In this document: piece by piece, positions 26,501 through 42,048 of the stretch
Numbering within the stretch: position 1 is the stretch's first letter
How the letters are laid out: each line of letters begins with the position of its first letter
Source: Octopus sinensis
Lineage: Eukaryota
Assembly: GCF_006345805.1 (NCBI RefSeq)
Contig: NC_042997.1
Coordinates: forward strand, 99,944,001 to 100,008,000
Reading direction: 5' to 3'
Length of the DNA: 64,000 bases
Made by a program: the position numbers and the translations under genes
Notes under the pieces: generated by a model
The model's input: only the letters and a program-made list of their open reading frames with translations
Database searches by the model: none
What the model was told of the DNA's origin: nothing

Positions 26501-28802
26501 GCTGCAGGTAGTAAGCCTGCAATGCATGCAAGACTCCAGGAGCTCCAACAAAACCTGTGATAAAGAGAAACAATAATAATAATAATCCTTTCTACTATAG
26601 GCACAAGGCCTGGAATTTTGGGGGAGGTGGGTAAGTCAATTACATCGACCCCCAGCACTTGACTGGTACTTAATTTATCGACCCCGAAAGGCAAAGTTGA
26701 CCTCAGGAAAATTTTTACTCAGAATGTAGTAGCAGACGAAATGCCACTAAGCATTTCGTCCAACATGCTAACAATTCTACTAGCTCACCACCTTAAATAA
26801 CAACAGCAGCAGCCGTCCAAGAATTTGGACCTGGAGATCTCTATTTCCAGTGACTTCGAGGGCCACCTCCCAGTGGTGTCGGGCGTCAACGAAGATGACC
26901 AAAGTTTTTTTTTTCCAAGGTCTGGAGTCTCCCACCCCTAAGCCCTAGACCATCACCTAATCACCCTTACCCATCTTGTTGCTTAACAACAACAACAGCA
27001 GCAACAAAGGCAACAACAACAATAATAATAATCCCTAAATATTGTTATTAAAATGGATCAAGAATACAATAGATCATCAAAACTGCTCACCCAAATGCAC
27101 ACTGTACAATGATTTAGATGAGAGCATAGATTACATTGTATTGTATTGAAATGTCCACAGTTAGCTTCAAATAAATATATAGAGTGTAAGCATAATAAGA
27201 TTGCTGCCAATTCAATAGATACTTCAAACATGAACAGTGAAGAATGATCCTGTGATGTAGACCCAGCCATGTGATTTCTTGGCAAAAAAAAACATGTCCA
27301 TAAGCAAGGTCACAAGCAGGTCAAGGTCAAAGTAAACATGATGGGTGTTACTCTTAGATTTTGCCACAAAACATAATATGAAATTGTGAGTGTGGCTGAA
27401 TCATAGGAAGTCAGGTAATCACTTCTTTATATGACACACCAGCATCCACAATGGAGCCTCTACATAGTCACTTGGCTTACTAGAAATAGCAACCAAAATT
27501 TCCTCAATCCATACCCTACCATCTTGAGAAAGGAAAGACTATATTGGATAATATAGTTTTACATAAAATTGTTGAAGTGCTAATTCTGGTATTTCAGGAT
27601 CTACTAGGATTAGAAGGTTCAAATTTTTTATTAGTTATCAAGCTAAACCAAATAATATTTTTTCCTTAAAAACTAAGTTGGTTTTCTTTTTTTTCTTTTT
27701 ATCACAAGTTATTTGGATAAATTAAGTAAACAATAACCCAGTTCTACTCTAGATGCCATATGTTGGGCAAAATATGCAGGTTTATAAAAAACAAAACCAG
27801 TGACACAAAAAAAAACTCCAAATCTTCATGTGCTACTTCCTACTTCAACAGTCTATGAATTGTGATGCCTCTTTCCCATTTTTTTTCCACCAATTTCAAA
27901 AACCCTGTCAAGGGCATAGGAATTAATGTTCCACTTTTAAGCAGAAAGAATGGAAGGCATATAGCTGTAAAACCATTTTCTCCAGTAAAAAAAATAAAAG
28001 TAATCCCACCTATGTAAATATAGAAGAATGTGTGTCTGTAAAAAGTAAAATGACCTTGGAACTTATGCCATATCATCCTATATTTCTTTATACCCATTTC
28101 CAACCGGCTACAAACACATTATAATATATCATTATGTCCTTTTCCAGAAATGTCATTGCCTTAGGTGTCATAGTCACTTATAATTTTCATCATGGAAAAG
28201 TGTGACAACCACTTTTCCATGCTTCTACAAGTCAGATAAGATTTTGTTAAGGCAGAAAAATTTCTCTACACAGATGCACTTCCAGTTGTCAATATTCACC
28301 TGTTTCCAAGCAAATTAGTATTTGCCCCAGTCTATTGAACAATAAACACCCTGGTCATGCTTTTGAAGATTGCAAACAAATGATACCACTTGTATGAATG
28401 GTAATGCTTCATCTAAAATCAATATGCACGCACAACAAAGCAAGAGGGAGAAATACTTACCCATGCACACATTTACACACATATATATTCTTTTACTCTT
28501 TTATTCTTTTATTCTTTTACATGTTTCAGCCATTTGACTGCAGCCATGCTGGAGCACTGTCTTAAAGAGTTTTAGTCAAAGAAATCGACCCCAGGACTTA
28601 TTCTTTGTAAGCCTAGTACTTATTCTATCGCTCTTTTGCTGAACCACTAAGTTACGGAGACGTAAACACACCAAGCGGTGGGTGGGTAGTGGGGACAAAC
28701 TCAGACACACACACACATAAATATATATACATACATTCACACACACATATATAAATATATATATATATGTGTGTATATATATATATATATATAATATATA
28801 TA

Positions 28803-28862
<60 letters not shown>

Positions 28863-29021
28863 ACACACACAATGGGATTCTTTCAGTTTCCATCTACCAA
28901 ATTCACTCACAAGGCTTTGATGAGGCCGAGGGTATAGTAGAAGACACCTGCCCAGTGTGCCATGCAGTGGGACTGAACTCAGAACCATGTGGTTGGGAAG
29001 CAAGCTGCTTACCACACAGCA

Positions 29022-29058
<37 letters not shown>

Positions 29059-30039
29059 GATGTCACATAAAAAGCACACAGTTCACTCTGTAATGTAGTT
29101 GGGATTAGGAAGGACATCCAGCCATAAAAACCATGTCAAAACAGACCATTGCTGGTGTTGGTGTCACATAAAAAGCATTCACTCCACTCTGTAAGATGGT
29201 TGGCATTAGGAAGGGCATCCAGCCATAGAAACCAGCCATAGAAACCAAGCCAAAAACAGACAATGAAGCCTTATTTTTCTGTTTCAAAAAAATTAAACAA
29301 TATCAGTATGCCACACCTTCTCATTTCTATATCTGGCTGAATATTTTATTGCAATTTAAAATCAATTAATTAACAATGATATAACAGATTTAGAGCTATG
29401 TTATCATTTTAACAATATAAATATTTCACAACCCCAAGGGACTTTTAACTCTTTAGCATATAAACTGGCCCAAAAAGTCTACCTATTTTATGCTCAAACC
29501 AATCAGATCCAGCCTCATGTCATTCTAAAACAAACAATCACATCATTGAAATATTGAAGCTACAAGACAATGCATGATTAATTGAATATAATGTGAACAA
29601 AGCATTATACAGGCACAGGCAAATCTGTGTGGTAAAAAGCTTGCTTCCCAACCACATGGTTCCAGGTTCAGTCCCACAATGTGACACCTTGAGCAAGTGT
29701 CTTCTACTATAGCCTTGGGCCAACCAAAGCCTCATGAGTGGATTTAGTAGACAGAAACTGAAAGAAGCCAATGGGACAGTTCACAAGAGCTGGCCAGGCA
29801 GAAGCCTGCACCAGACCTCTGTGACAGTTTGGGCAGGATTTTTACAGTTAGATGCCCTTCCTAACACCAACCACTCAGCCAAGTGGATTTAGTGCTTTTT
29901 ATGCAGCACAAGCACAGGCGAAGCCAGTTTTGGCAAGGTGTTTGGATGCCTTTTCAAACACCAACTGCTTTACAGTGTTTATTGGGTGCTTTTAAGTGGC
30001 ACCTGCACTGACAAGGTCACCAAGTACTTGCAAGATAAA

Positions 30040-30071
<32 letters not shown>

Positions 30072-30679
30072 CTTTGTGACTGTGTTTGTCACCCCCATGA
30101 CCACTTGACAACTGGTGTTGGTGTGTTTACGTCCCTATAACAGTTCAGCAAAAGAGCCCAATAGGATAAGTACTAGGCTTTAAAAAAAAGTCCCAGGGTC
30201 AATTTGTTTGACTAAAACCCTCAAGGTGGTGCTCCAGCATGGCCACAATCAAATGACTGAAACAAGTAAAAGAATAAAAGAATATCTGACAGAATAATCT
30301 GAATGCTTAGCTCCAGTTTGAAAAGCTAATCAAAGCACACGCATCCTAACACAAGGAGAGACAGCTTTAATCAATCACACCTTTGAAATATATTTTATTG
30401 AACACAAAATCATGAATGGTTGAGCAAAATTAGCTTTTTATATAAACCAGAAAAACCTGCTCAAATTGAAACAAAATGTAACCAACACAAAACAACTTAT
30501 GCATTCTTAACCCTTTAGCATTTATACCGGCCATATTCAGCACAAATTTTTTACATGTTTTATGTTCAGAGTGGTCAGATGTGGCATGTCACACACCTAC
30601 CCTACAATGAATGAATGAATGAATTCCAATATTCTAAATCCGGGTTTGTCCCCATTAACAGAGGCAGCCAGATCTACCT

Positions 30680-31070
30680 CACTCTTACAGCAACCACTCT
30701 CACACCATCTCGCCAAGTTTTGAGCATCCTCCCTCCTCAAGTCAACCCTCCCAATCTACTCCTCCACTTGTCCCCTCCACGTTTTCTTTGGTTAACCTCA
30801 CTTTCATGATTCATTCACTTTAAACTCAAGCAATCTCCTCAGAACATGATCCTCATCCCTCCTCAATATATGTCCATACCACCTCACTCCGTTCGTACTT
30901 GCCAGCTGTTCCACTAATTCCTCCAACCCCAGCATCCCCATCAAGTCTTCAGCCCCACTTTTATCCAATAGTTTCACACCATACATTGCTCTCTCTCGGT
31001 CCTTCTCAAAATTGCCACTTCACTTTCCCTCAGACACCATGTCACACTCCCATACAGCATTGCAGATCTC
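30680..31070 (-). mobile_element. RTE LINE 3' fragment
   Basis: MYGVKLLDK..LMGMLGLEE..VRWYGHILRRDEDHVLRRLLEFKV. Confidence 0.8.
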
Positions 31071-34000
31071 ACGCAACTCCATAAAAATATATATGCAGGA
31101 GTGGCTGTGTACTAAGAAGCTTGCTTCTAGAAACGACTGGGTCCAGGTTCAGTCCTACTGTGTGGCACCTTGGGCAAGTGCCTTCTACTATAGCCTCAGG
31201 CCAACTAAAGCCTTGTAGGTGGATTTGGGAGGTGGAAGCTGAAAGAAGCCCATCGTGTGTGTGTGTGTGTGTGTGTGTTAGTGTTTGTCCCCACCACTGC
31301 TTGACAACTGGTGTTAATGTGTTTACATACCCGTAAATGAGTGGTTCAGCAAAAGGCTTAAAAAATAATTAAAAAAAGCACTGGGGTCAATTCATTCAAC
31401 TAAGATCCTTTAAGGTGGTGCTCCAACATGGCCACAGTCTAATGACTGAAACAAGAGAATATAAAAGTCACATCATTGAAATCTCAAAGCTACTCTTTTC
31501 TACTCTAGGTACAAGGTCCAAAATTTTGGGGGAGGGGGCCTGTCAATTAGATCAACTTCAGTACACAACTGGTACTTAATTTATCGACTATGAAAGGATG
31601 AAAGGCAAAGTCGACCTCAGCAGAATTTGAACTCAGAACGTAAAGACAGACGAAATACTGCTAAGCATTTTGCCCGGTGTGCTAACGTTTCTGCCAGCTC
31701 ACCACCTTATTAATTAAAAATGTTAATAAATATAGATTAGATTTGACAAAATAATCTGAATGCTAAAGGGTTAAAGAGTTGTTAAAAACCAGTTGTAGAA
31801 TGCTAATAGGTTGTTCTTGGTGAAATTTATTTATCATATTATCCATCACAATCATTAAATCAGAGGTATGTAAGGCATGTTTGTAGAAAACACTCAAGCA
31901 AATAGTACACATCTTGATGGAAAGTGTTCTTCTTACCCATGATGCAACAAAAAAAAACATTAAGGAATTCAAACAAAATAGAACCAGTCAAGCTATTAAG
32001 CATCCACTCTGATACAACTTGGTGAAAATGAATGTTAAACTGGTGATGATGATAATGATGATGGTGGTGGTGGTGGTGGTGGTAGCTAATGGTTGTGATA
32101 CTGAAGTTGGTGGCAGAGATGGTAGCTATGCCTGTGGTGGGGTGGGGTGGGGGAGAAGAGGACTCTTGTCAGTGGTAGTAGTAATAATGATGATGATGGT
32201 AGTGGTTGAAATGATAATGATGACAGTTGTGGTAGTAGCAATGACAGTGGTGGCAGTGGTGGTGGTGGGAGGAAGGGAGGGAGGGGATTGTAATAATGAT
32301 GGTAGCGGTTGCAGCCATTTCCACTTGGGTTATCTATGTAAATAGGAAAGCAAGTAAAAATTCTTAAATATTGTATGAAGAATATTATCAAGAGAATTAA
32401 TGTTGAAATTTATTTAGTTTAAGAGAATATTATTTTTATGTAATTCCAAATGAGTTAGCATAGCAAAATAATTTTACAAGTCTACAAAAATGTTTTCCAC
32501 ATGTTAATCAGAAAATCAGCTAAGTAGCATTTAACAGCTGGCATTGGAAGAGTAGAACGGACCCATAAATTAATTAGACACTACAAAACAAGAAGATTGT
32601 ATTTTGAATGATGGGTTATGAAACTGGATTTGGTAGCTGCCTATTATGTTGTCTTTTGAAAGGCACTAAACTGTAATTGCTGCAATATCATACAGAAGTG
32701 GAAAATACCCATCTTCTACAACACCAGGTCACATACATGTGCCAAGAAAAAGAAAAACAAGCAAATGCAACAGTAGATATCCAATTTGATCATGACATGT
32801 CTCAATGAATTACTGTTACTACACACAGTAAGACAAGTTCATTGTAGTTTCTCTTGGAAATTTCACAGTGTCTGCATGATCTTGGATCTTCTGATCACTG
32901 CACAATGTAGCATTGATCTTCCAATCAATTATTACATCTCCCTTTGTATTGAAATATTACACAATAGCTACAATTTTACATACTCTATGGTCAGATCCTT
33001 GATAAGTCCATGATCATTCATAGCACCAAATATGCTTTACTTATGATTTGCCTGAGCTTACCCAAATGAGAACACAAGAGACAAGGCATATCACCCCACA
33101 GTTCATCCAACTGCACCAAATCTTGTGAGATATCCACTCCAAAAGGATTCACAAGATGTGCTGCTGCTGTACAGACCCAAACCACAACTTACAACATCTG
33201 AAATTAATAACCTGGCAAGAGATATTGATTTAATAATGTAACTTCAATAAGAAGACCATCCAAGATAGTAAAATACTCTGTTATGATGTTCTATATCTAT
33301 AAGCTACCATACATATACAACTACATTCAGATTTCTTGCTAAACTCATCTCAACAAACTTTAGAGAATACTCAAATCTATTCAGAAGGTTTTGTAAGCAG
33401 CAGTCCTGCAAATAATGCTGCTAAATTTACTGCAGAATCTTATTGCAATCTACATACAGCAAAAAAATCTCCTGCAAGATTTCCCTTTCCAATCTCACTC
33501 TCCTCACTTACCAATGGTACACAGACACCAAATATAGCATACTCTGTATGTGGACAAAAAAATGGAACTAGCATGGTTGGAATGCTTTTGATCATAGATT
33601 TGCTAGATCATAGATTTGCTAGATCTGGACTAAACAACGACAACTTCTTTGACCACAAAAGTTCAACAAAGCAACAAGACCAGAAGAGTTCTAAACCATC
33701 TACAAATCAGTATGTTCATGATTTGGGCCTGTTTCTTGGGGTAGTTACTATAGATCTGGAAGCAGGTAAAAAAATGAAAATCATCTCTTTGAACAAATTA
33801 ATATCTGTAACATTAGCAAATAAGCAGGCCTGCTACTCTCACTTTTAATATCTTAAAATATATAAGACAGCAAGCTGGCAGAATTGTTAACACATTAGGC
33901 AAAATGCTTAACAGTATTTCATCCATCTTCATGTTCTGAGTTCAAATTCCGCCAAGGTTGACTTTGCCTTTAATCCTTTTAGGGTCAATAAAATAAGTAC

Positions 34001-34757
34001 CAGTTGAGCACTGGGGTCGATGTAATCAACTTGCCCCCTTCCCCAAAAATTGCTGGCCTTGGGTCAAAATTTGGAATCATTATTTTAAAAGACATGTTAA
34101 TAATCAGAAACAATCACTTTTTAAAAATCTTTTGCTCCTCCAAGTAATCTCCAATACAATTTTCACAGAGTCAAATTAATTAGAGAGCTTCTATCTGACA
34201 TCACACCTCAGTGATTATTTACCCTTGAAAGCTTTGTGATAACAAAGTCAATATCTTGCATTTTATTGTCTCTCTAAAATAATGATCTTCTGGTTATCAA
34301 TTCTGCCTCTAAGCTCCACCACTAACATCTTGATTAAATAGACACCTCCTGCACCCATATTCTGTTGAGGTTCTTACACAATCAACTTCGTCTATCTCAG
34401 GCAATGGGATATTACCTGGGATAGACCACCTAAGATACCTCAGCATTCATCATCATCATCATCATCATCGTTTAGCGTCCGTTTTCCATGCTAGCATGGG
34501 TTGGACGGAAGCATGTGTTGGAAAGTCCAAAGTAAGTATTATCTCTCATCAAATTAGCAACATTAAACAAAGATACAGCACAGAGCTTTAGCCATTTGCC
34601 TGTACAAAACATTTTCATAAGTTTATTATAAATGCCCGTGCTTGTTTTCAAACTATAAGTTAGTCCCTGTTTCTCATGTTCTGAGTAATATAGAGCTTTC
34701 CTTTCATAAGTCCAAACTTACTCTAGTGGTTGAGAAAAATTGGGAATGTGTATCATA

Positions 34758-34938
34758 TGAAGGAATACTGAAAAGTTCCTGTCTTTGGGTAAAAGAAAAT
34801 ACAGGAGGCTCAATTAATTATTATTTTATTCAACATATTCTCCTCTCAAATTATCACAATGGTCCTTCAGTTTTTCTAAGCCCTGTAAAAGACTTTTCGC
34901 AATACCCTTAAAGCCAGGAACATTTCAGCACCTGTTCA
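34758..34938 (+). mobile_element. Mariner-like MITE with TA flanks
   Basis: Same family as 13816-14013; TA on both sides. Confidence 0.7.
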
Positions 34939-36319
34939 TATATGAAGCTAGGGATGTTAGGGAAATATGTCCTGTATCTCATATATGATATACACAACGG
35001 GTAAAGGGTTAAAAGGCTTTGGGAATTAACCCTTCAGTATTCACATTATTCTGAGATTTTGATGAGGTGACTGTTAATTTTTAAAATGATATTGTAGGGT
35101 TGGTGTGAGAGGCTGGATCTGGTCAGTTTGAACATAAAACAGGTTGAATATTTTGGTTGGATATGGCAGGTTTAAATGCTAAAGGATTAAAGAAATATAG
35201 TTTGTAAGATGCATTGTAAAATAAAATTAAATGTATTTGAGAAGGCCACAGCAATGCACATTGAAAATAAAACAGCAAAGTCAAAATATAAATACAAAAC
35301 AAAGATTTATATTTGTATTTCAATATTTTGGCTTTACAAAGCTCTCATCTCTTGATAACAGCTTTTTAAAGCTAAGCTCTGATCTGAATGTGGGGTATTG
35401 AGGAATGATTGTGATATGCACAGATTGGAAGTGTTGCTGAAAGTGGACCTTAATTTTTAAATATACTTACATTACATTTTGTTGAATCATTTTCAAAATC
35501 ACCAATGAATATAATTTATTGCAAAAAAGCCCACCAAGTAAATTATATTGTCTCCCAGACATGGCTGTGTGGGAAAGAAACTTGCTTCCCAACCATATGG
35601 TCTTGGGGAACACCTTGGGCAAGTGTATTCTACTATAGCCTCAGGCCAACCAAAGCCTTGTGAGTAGATTTGGTAGACAGAAACTGAAAGAAGTTTGTCG
35701 TGTGTGTGTGTGTGTGTGTCTTTTGTGTTGTGTTTGTTCCCCACCACTGACTAACAATCAGTGTTGATTTGTTTACATCCCCAAAACTTATCGGTTTGAC
35801 AAAAACAGACCAATAGAATAAATCGAAGGCTTTAAAAAAAATTAAATACTGGACTCAATTTGTTTGACGGAACCCTTCAAAACAATACCCCAACATAGCT
35901 GCAGTCCAATGACTGAAACAGGTAAAAGATAAAAGATATGTGAGCTAAATAAAAATTAACAAATTGATTCATTGGTAAATGAACCTTAAAAGCTAATGAG
36001 CCACACAGCAGTTGAAAAAGGTAAGTGTATATTACAGTAAGAACCAGAATTTACCCAAATTTCCTATATTTCAAACATTTATACTTTATTTCAAAATTTA
36101 TATTGAATGGTTAATAAAATTCCAATATTTCTATGCTTGAAACATTTGAATAACTCAAGAATTAAAATAAAGAATGAAATAATAACAAAACATTTTATAT
36201 ATGGGACAGTCATAAAGATGTAAGGTAGCTAGCATATTTGAGAGACAGTTATAACACTATTCAAAAATGTAAGCCATTCTTCCTTTGGTAATCAACTATA
36301 TTAACTGAGACAGAAAGAG

Positions 36320-36368
<49 letters not shown>

Positions 36369-39300
36369 GATAAATAGAAAGATAGATAGACAGACATACA
36401 GATACTAGCTTAAAAGCCACACTCCATATGGCCTTTTGAGCTAACTCCTGTGGAGGGCTAATTAGGCCGGTGGCCCAAAACTAACAAGAGCTAAATAGCA
36501 TGACTATAATATGTCTATAATGACTATATGCCCCAGTGGTGTTTGATTAGGGGTTAAGGACGGATGAGAATTAATTCTGTAATGCAATCATTCTATTGTT
36601 CCAGTCCCAAGTTGAATTCCAACTGTTGGCCAATTTGTCCAAAAGTTCTTGACGTAAAATTAACAAATTGAATGTCATTTATTTCCCCCCTTGATCTCTA
36701 ACCCCATCTGACAAATGCCAACCATGATGGCATGAATCAGTCAAGCTTTACCTGCTAGAAATAGCAACCTAAATGCTTTTAAATCAGATCCCAATACTGG
36801 ACTGTATAAGATACAACACTACACATCGATGCAAACTTATAAGTTTGATTAACTCAACACATATCATCAATATCATCAAATTAACCTTTTCAAAAATATA
36901 ATAGGTCTCTCTCACATATATAATACTATAAATATTATCCATGCAATTAGACGGCAAGCTGGCATAATCTTTAATACTTGTCCATCTTTATGTTCTGATT
37001 TCAAATTCCGCCGAGGTCGACTTTGCCTCTCATCCTTTTGGGGTCGATAAAATAAGTCCCAGTTGAACACTGGGGTCGATGTAACCGAACATGCTGGCCT
37101 TGTGCAAAAATTTCAAATCAATATTATCCATGCAATTAAGAAAAATGTTTTTCAGAATAGTTTAAAGAACTAAGGGAGATAACTCTGTTGAAAAAATTTC
37201 AAAAATGCTTCGTGAAGAAAAGCTAAGGGAAATAACTCTTCCATATAACTAGAGATTTCAAAATTTGGCACAAGGCCAGCAATTTCGGGAGAAGAGGTAA
37301 GTTGATTGCATATAAATATAGACTTGAAAATATATTATTCTCTTTATTCACCAAAGATTGCCCCTGCATAGCATCTTAGACAAGTGTATTTTACTACTTT
37401 CTACGGATTGTTACTGAAAATTGTGTAGATAGGAATTATACTCACACCTATGTCTCATGCTGAGCCTCTTTATGTCAACTTGGCTTTTCAATAGAAAGAA
37501 ATCGATAAAATATGTACTAAACTGATATCAGTATTGATGATTGACTAAAAAGCCTACAAGACACTCCAATGGCTGGAATCAGTGGGAAAAGTAAATTCAT
37601 ACATTAAGTAATTGACTGAACGAAATTCTAAATACTCACCCTTCAAATAGTAAAATGATGAAATATTTGAAAGGCAACAGAGTGATATAAAAGCATGGAA
37701 TATAATTATATTCTCCTAAGTTGAAATTCAAGAAATACTAGTTACGTACTGGAATCAATTCAATCAACTGTGCCTGTGGCTTCATAACAACACAAAAAAT
37801 TCCTTATAAAAATTTTTTTTATACCAACTACCTGAAACTGCCTCTGATTCTATAATACAAACATTGTTTTAATATGATCTAAATTAAAACTTCCCACCAA
37901 AATTCCATGTTAATCTATGTTCCTAACACCAGCTTAATAATGACAGTTACTTTACTAAATTTTTAATTATTTATGAAATTAATCAAAATAGAGGCAGTTT
38001 ATGGGCTAGGTTGTCCACAATGTAAATGTTCTGACTTTAACCTGGAAGATTTATGCTATGTAGATGCCACAGAAAAGCGTTCATGCAGTACCATGTAAAA
38101 ACACCCAGTACACTCTGTCAAGTAGTTGGCATTAAGAAGAGCATCCAGCCATAGAAACCATGCCAAATCAGAATGGAACCTGGTGCTGCTCACTACCTTG
38201 CCAGCTCTGGTCAAACCGTCCAACCCATACCAGAATGAACAATGGACAGTAAATAATGATGATGATGATGATGTAGATACACATATTGATCACATCTAAT
38301 GAGCATAAAAGTTTATAGATATCTCTACAGAAAATAAATCATGAAAAACTGTTGTGTAAATAAAGCTCCTACTTTATACCACTGTTAAAAGAAGCAAATT
38401 TCTTTTTAACTGTTACAATATTAGTTTTCTTTTTGATAAGTTTTTTTTTATCAATGATATTAACACTTTAATTCTTAAAACTGTAATTATTTGTGTATAA
38501 TAAGCACTTGTGTATAATGTGCATCCCTCGTTATGGGCAATGAAATTCTACAAAACAAAAATTATCCCTCATGTATGATACTGATCATTTCTTAGTTTCA
38601 TTTCATGCTGTCATACATGGAGATCATGGTGACAAGCCATGATCCAATACATGGAAAAAGAAAGTTTTTTTAGTCAGATATATTATAATTGCAGAGCAAA
38701 ATAGTGAATGAAATCATGTTTGCATCCTAAGTGATACAAAATGCAAATTTGAATATAACCTGTGACCTTTGTCAGTAAAGACTATAAATGTGCATCTGCT
38801 GTGAAGTCAAAATTGTAGAAATCACTTACTCTTTTACTTGTTTCAGTCATTTGACTGTGGCCATGCTGGAGCACTGCCTTTTAGTCGAACAAATCGACCC
38901 CAGGACTTATTCTTTGAAAGCCTAGTACTTATTCTATCTGTCTCTTTTGCCGAACCGCTAAGTTATGGGGGACGTAAAGCGATGTTGGGGGGACAAACAC
39001 AGACACACAAACATATACATGCACACATACATATATACATATATATGACGGTCTTCTTTCAGTTTCCATCTATTAAATCCACTCACAAGGCTTTGGTCAG
39101 CCTGAAGCTATAGTAGAAGACACTTGCCCAAGGTGCCACGCAGTGGGACTGAACCTGGAACAATGTGGTTGGTAAGCAAGCTACTTACCACACAGCCACT
39201 CCTTCATCATATTTCAATAAGTTTATACTTAATTTTAATCATCAGTCTGTACAGTGATGAACAAATGATACAATAAATGGAAAATAAATAAATAAACTGA

Positions 39301-40257
39301 CAACAGCCTATGAAGAAGACAGGTTTGAAATAGCAGTCATTTGAAAGGTACAAATCAGTGACTTCCAACTTATGGGTCAAGAAGACAAAAAAAACGAAAT
39401 CTTTTACTTTAAGGACTGTAACACATATACACACCAAGTAAAAATTTTGATATATTTCCCCAAACAAAGTATCAAGTTTTAAATTAATCTTTTTGGAAAA
39501 TTATTTCTTTATATACCCTTTAGCATACAGATTACTCAGTCAAATGTAATACTTATTCATTCACTTTGTTTTAAATGAATCATTCATCATCTCATATTCT
39601 CAAAATTTCAATGATCTGACTGTTTATTTCTAGAATGACATTGCAAGCTAGGTGTAAGAGGCCAAACAGAATATTTGGGCCAGATATGACTGGTTTAAAT
39701 GCTAAAAGGTAAAATATTAGAACAGGGTCAAGGGATATTATTGATTTACCAGAATGAGTCATAATCATAAAAGGTAGGAAACTACAGGCGTAAATGAATA
39801 TGTAAGCTTATATCGTCATCATCATTATCATTTAACATGCATTTTCCATGTTGTCATAGGTTAGACAGTTTGACAGGATCTGGTGAGCCAAAGGATTATG
39901 CCAAGCTACTTGTGAGCTTTGGTAGGGTTTCTACGGCTGGATGCCCTTCCTAACACCAGCCACTTTACAGAGTGTACTGGGTGCTTTTTACAAGGCACTA
40001 GTACCAGTGAGGTCACCAAGTAACTCACAAGACCCTTCAATTTAGGATGGGGTATAATATTGAGGGAAGTGGCTTTAGGCCAGGTAATGAGAGGTAAAAG
40101 TATGATACAGAGACAGAAACAGGCGTTTTGCTGAGGAGGAGATATATAAGGCTACCACAATTGGAATGGAGAGAACATGGTGGATGATATGTCAGGGCAT
40201 ACCCTCAAGTAGTTTCAAGAAGGTGAATATAAAAGAAGCAGAGATGGATGGATAGAT

Positions 40258-40318
<61 letters not shown>

Positions 40319-40384
40319 GGGAGTATAACTCCAAACTTACAGGGAAGAATTCAATTTAGTATTAAATCAAATTTCACCATATAA

Positions 40385-40692
40385 ATATATAATATATAAA
40401 TTAGAGAAAAACCACTATTATGCAATTCAAACAATGATAGACATAAACCAAATTATAAATAAAAATAAAATATATTTTTTAAAAACATAGCTAGATCACA
40501 AAAAGTACAAAAATGAATAAACAATATATAATAAGTAAAAAAAACTTATATATTGTTTATTCATTTTTGTACTTTTTGTAATCTAGCTATGTTTTTAAAA
40601 AATATATTTTATTTATGATTTATGATTTGGTTTATGTCTATCATTGTTTGAATTGCATAATAGTGGATTTTCTCTAATTTATATTATATATA
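40385..40692. repeat. Inverted repeat with ~150-bp arms and a 7-nt A loop, adjacent to (AAT)n
   Basis: AATTAGAGAAAAACCACTATTATGCAATTCAAAC..ACAATATATA versus its reverse complement; centre TAAGT-AAAAAAA-ACTTA at 40532-40548. Confidence 0.9.
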
Positions 40693-41783
40693 TATACAAA
40701 GAGACAGACAGACAGATAAATACAGTACCACTATAAAATTAGGCCTACATATATTAGTTTCTGTCTACTAAATCCACTCAGAAGGCTTTGGCCAGCTCAG
40801 GGCTATTTCAGAGACATCTGCCCGAAGTGCCACACAATGGAACTGAACCAGGGACCAAGTGTTTGGGAAGTAAGCTTCTTACCACACAGCCACATCTGAT
40901 ATGCAAAAAAAAAATACAAAAAAATTAGATGGTCAGAGCTGGCTATTCCATTGCTGTTTCTACCATGACAAATATCACATAGAAGTTCCCTTGTTGGTTC
41001 ACATATTAGTGGCATGCAGCATAGAATATATGTTGTTTGCTGTTTACCTTCAAGTCAGGCCTGATTGTTTGTCATAATAGAAATAGCAACAAAATAGCCA
41101 GTTAATCACACCCTTCTGAATTAGTAAAAGAAAGAAGGATATGCTAATTAATATAATCTAACTGACATCTAAAATGATGAATGATCAAGAAAGGAAGGCC
41201 TTTGATCATAAGTCTGCTAAGAGTTGATCTGGGTTAAACATCAATAACAACACAACTTCATGACATTTATTCTACCAAGGATCTCCCTAAAAATCAACAC
41301 CAATTCCTAAGTGCCAAAGGGACAATCCTTTAAGTCAATAAATACTTGGGATCCAAGAAAATTGGAATTTTGTGGTTCAGAGTGGACCCGCTGTTCTTGA
41401 GGAGACCTATTGAGTCAAGTACATCAACACCAACATCAAAATAAAAATCAAATGGTAATTGTAGTTAAGATACCCATGCCGGTGACACGTAAAAAGCACC
41501 GTCCAAACGTGGCAGATGCCAGCGCCGCTTGACTGGCATCCGTGTCGGTGACACGTAAAAGTACCAACCGATAATGGCCATTTACCAGCCTGCTTTGGCC
41601 CGAGCCGGTGGCACGTAAAAAGCACCCACTACACTCACAGAGTGGTTGGCATTAGGAAGGGCATCCAGCTGTAGAAACACTGCCAGATCAGACTGGAGCC
41701 TGGTGCAGCCTCCTGTCTTCCCAGATCTTGGTCGAACCGTCCAACCCATGCTAGCATGGAAAACAGACATTAAACAATGATGA

Positions 41784-41831
<48 letters not shown>

Positions 41832-42048
41832 TAGGCAAACAGACAGACAGACAGACATAGATAGATAGATAGTGGTATTTCATGTCTTTCTGTTCTGAGT
41901 TCAAATTTTGCCAAGGTCAACTTTGCCTTTCATCCTTTCAGGATCAATAAATTAAGTACCATTTGCGTACTGGGGTCAATCTAATCGACTGGCCCCCTCC
42001 CCCAAAATTTTGGGCTTTGTACCTAGAGTAGAAAAGATTCTTGTAACA

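Noticed and set aside
32640-33848. 170-aa ORF and surrounding non-repetitive-looking sequence
   Set aside because: No motif was recognised; it is probably a heavily decayed TE.
41470-41640. CRISPR-like repeats GGTGGCACGTAAAAAGCACC with variable spacers (also 21855-21945 and 62612-62770)
   Set aside because: These are internal units of a dispersed eukaryotic SINE-like family with an RTE tail; the spacers are related to each other and there are no cas genes.
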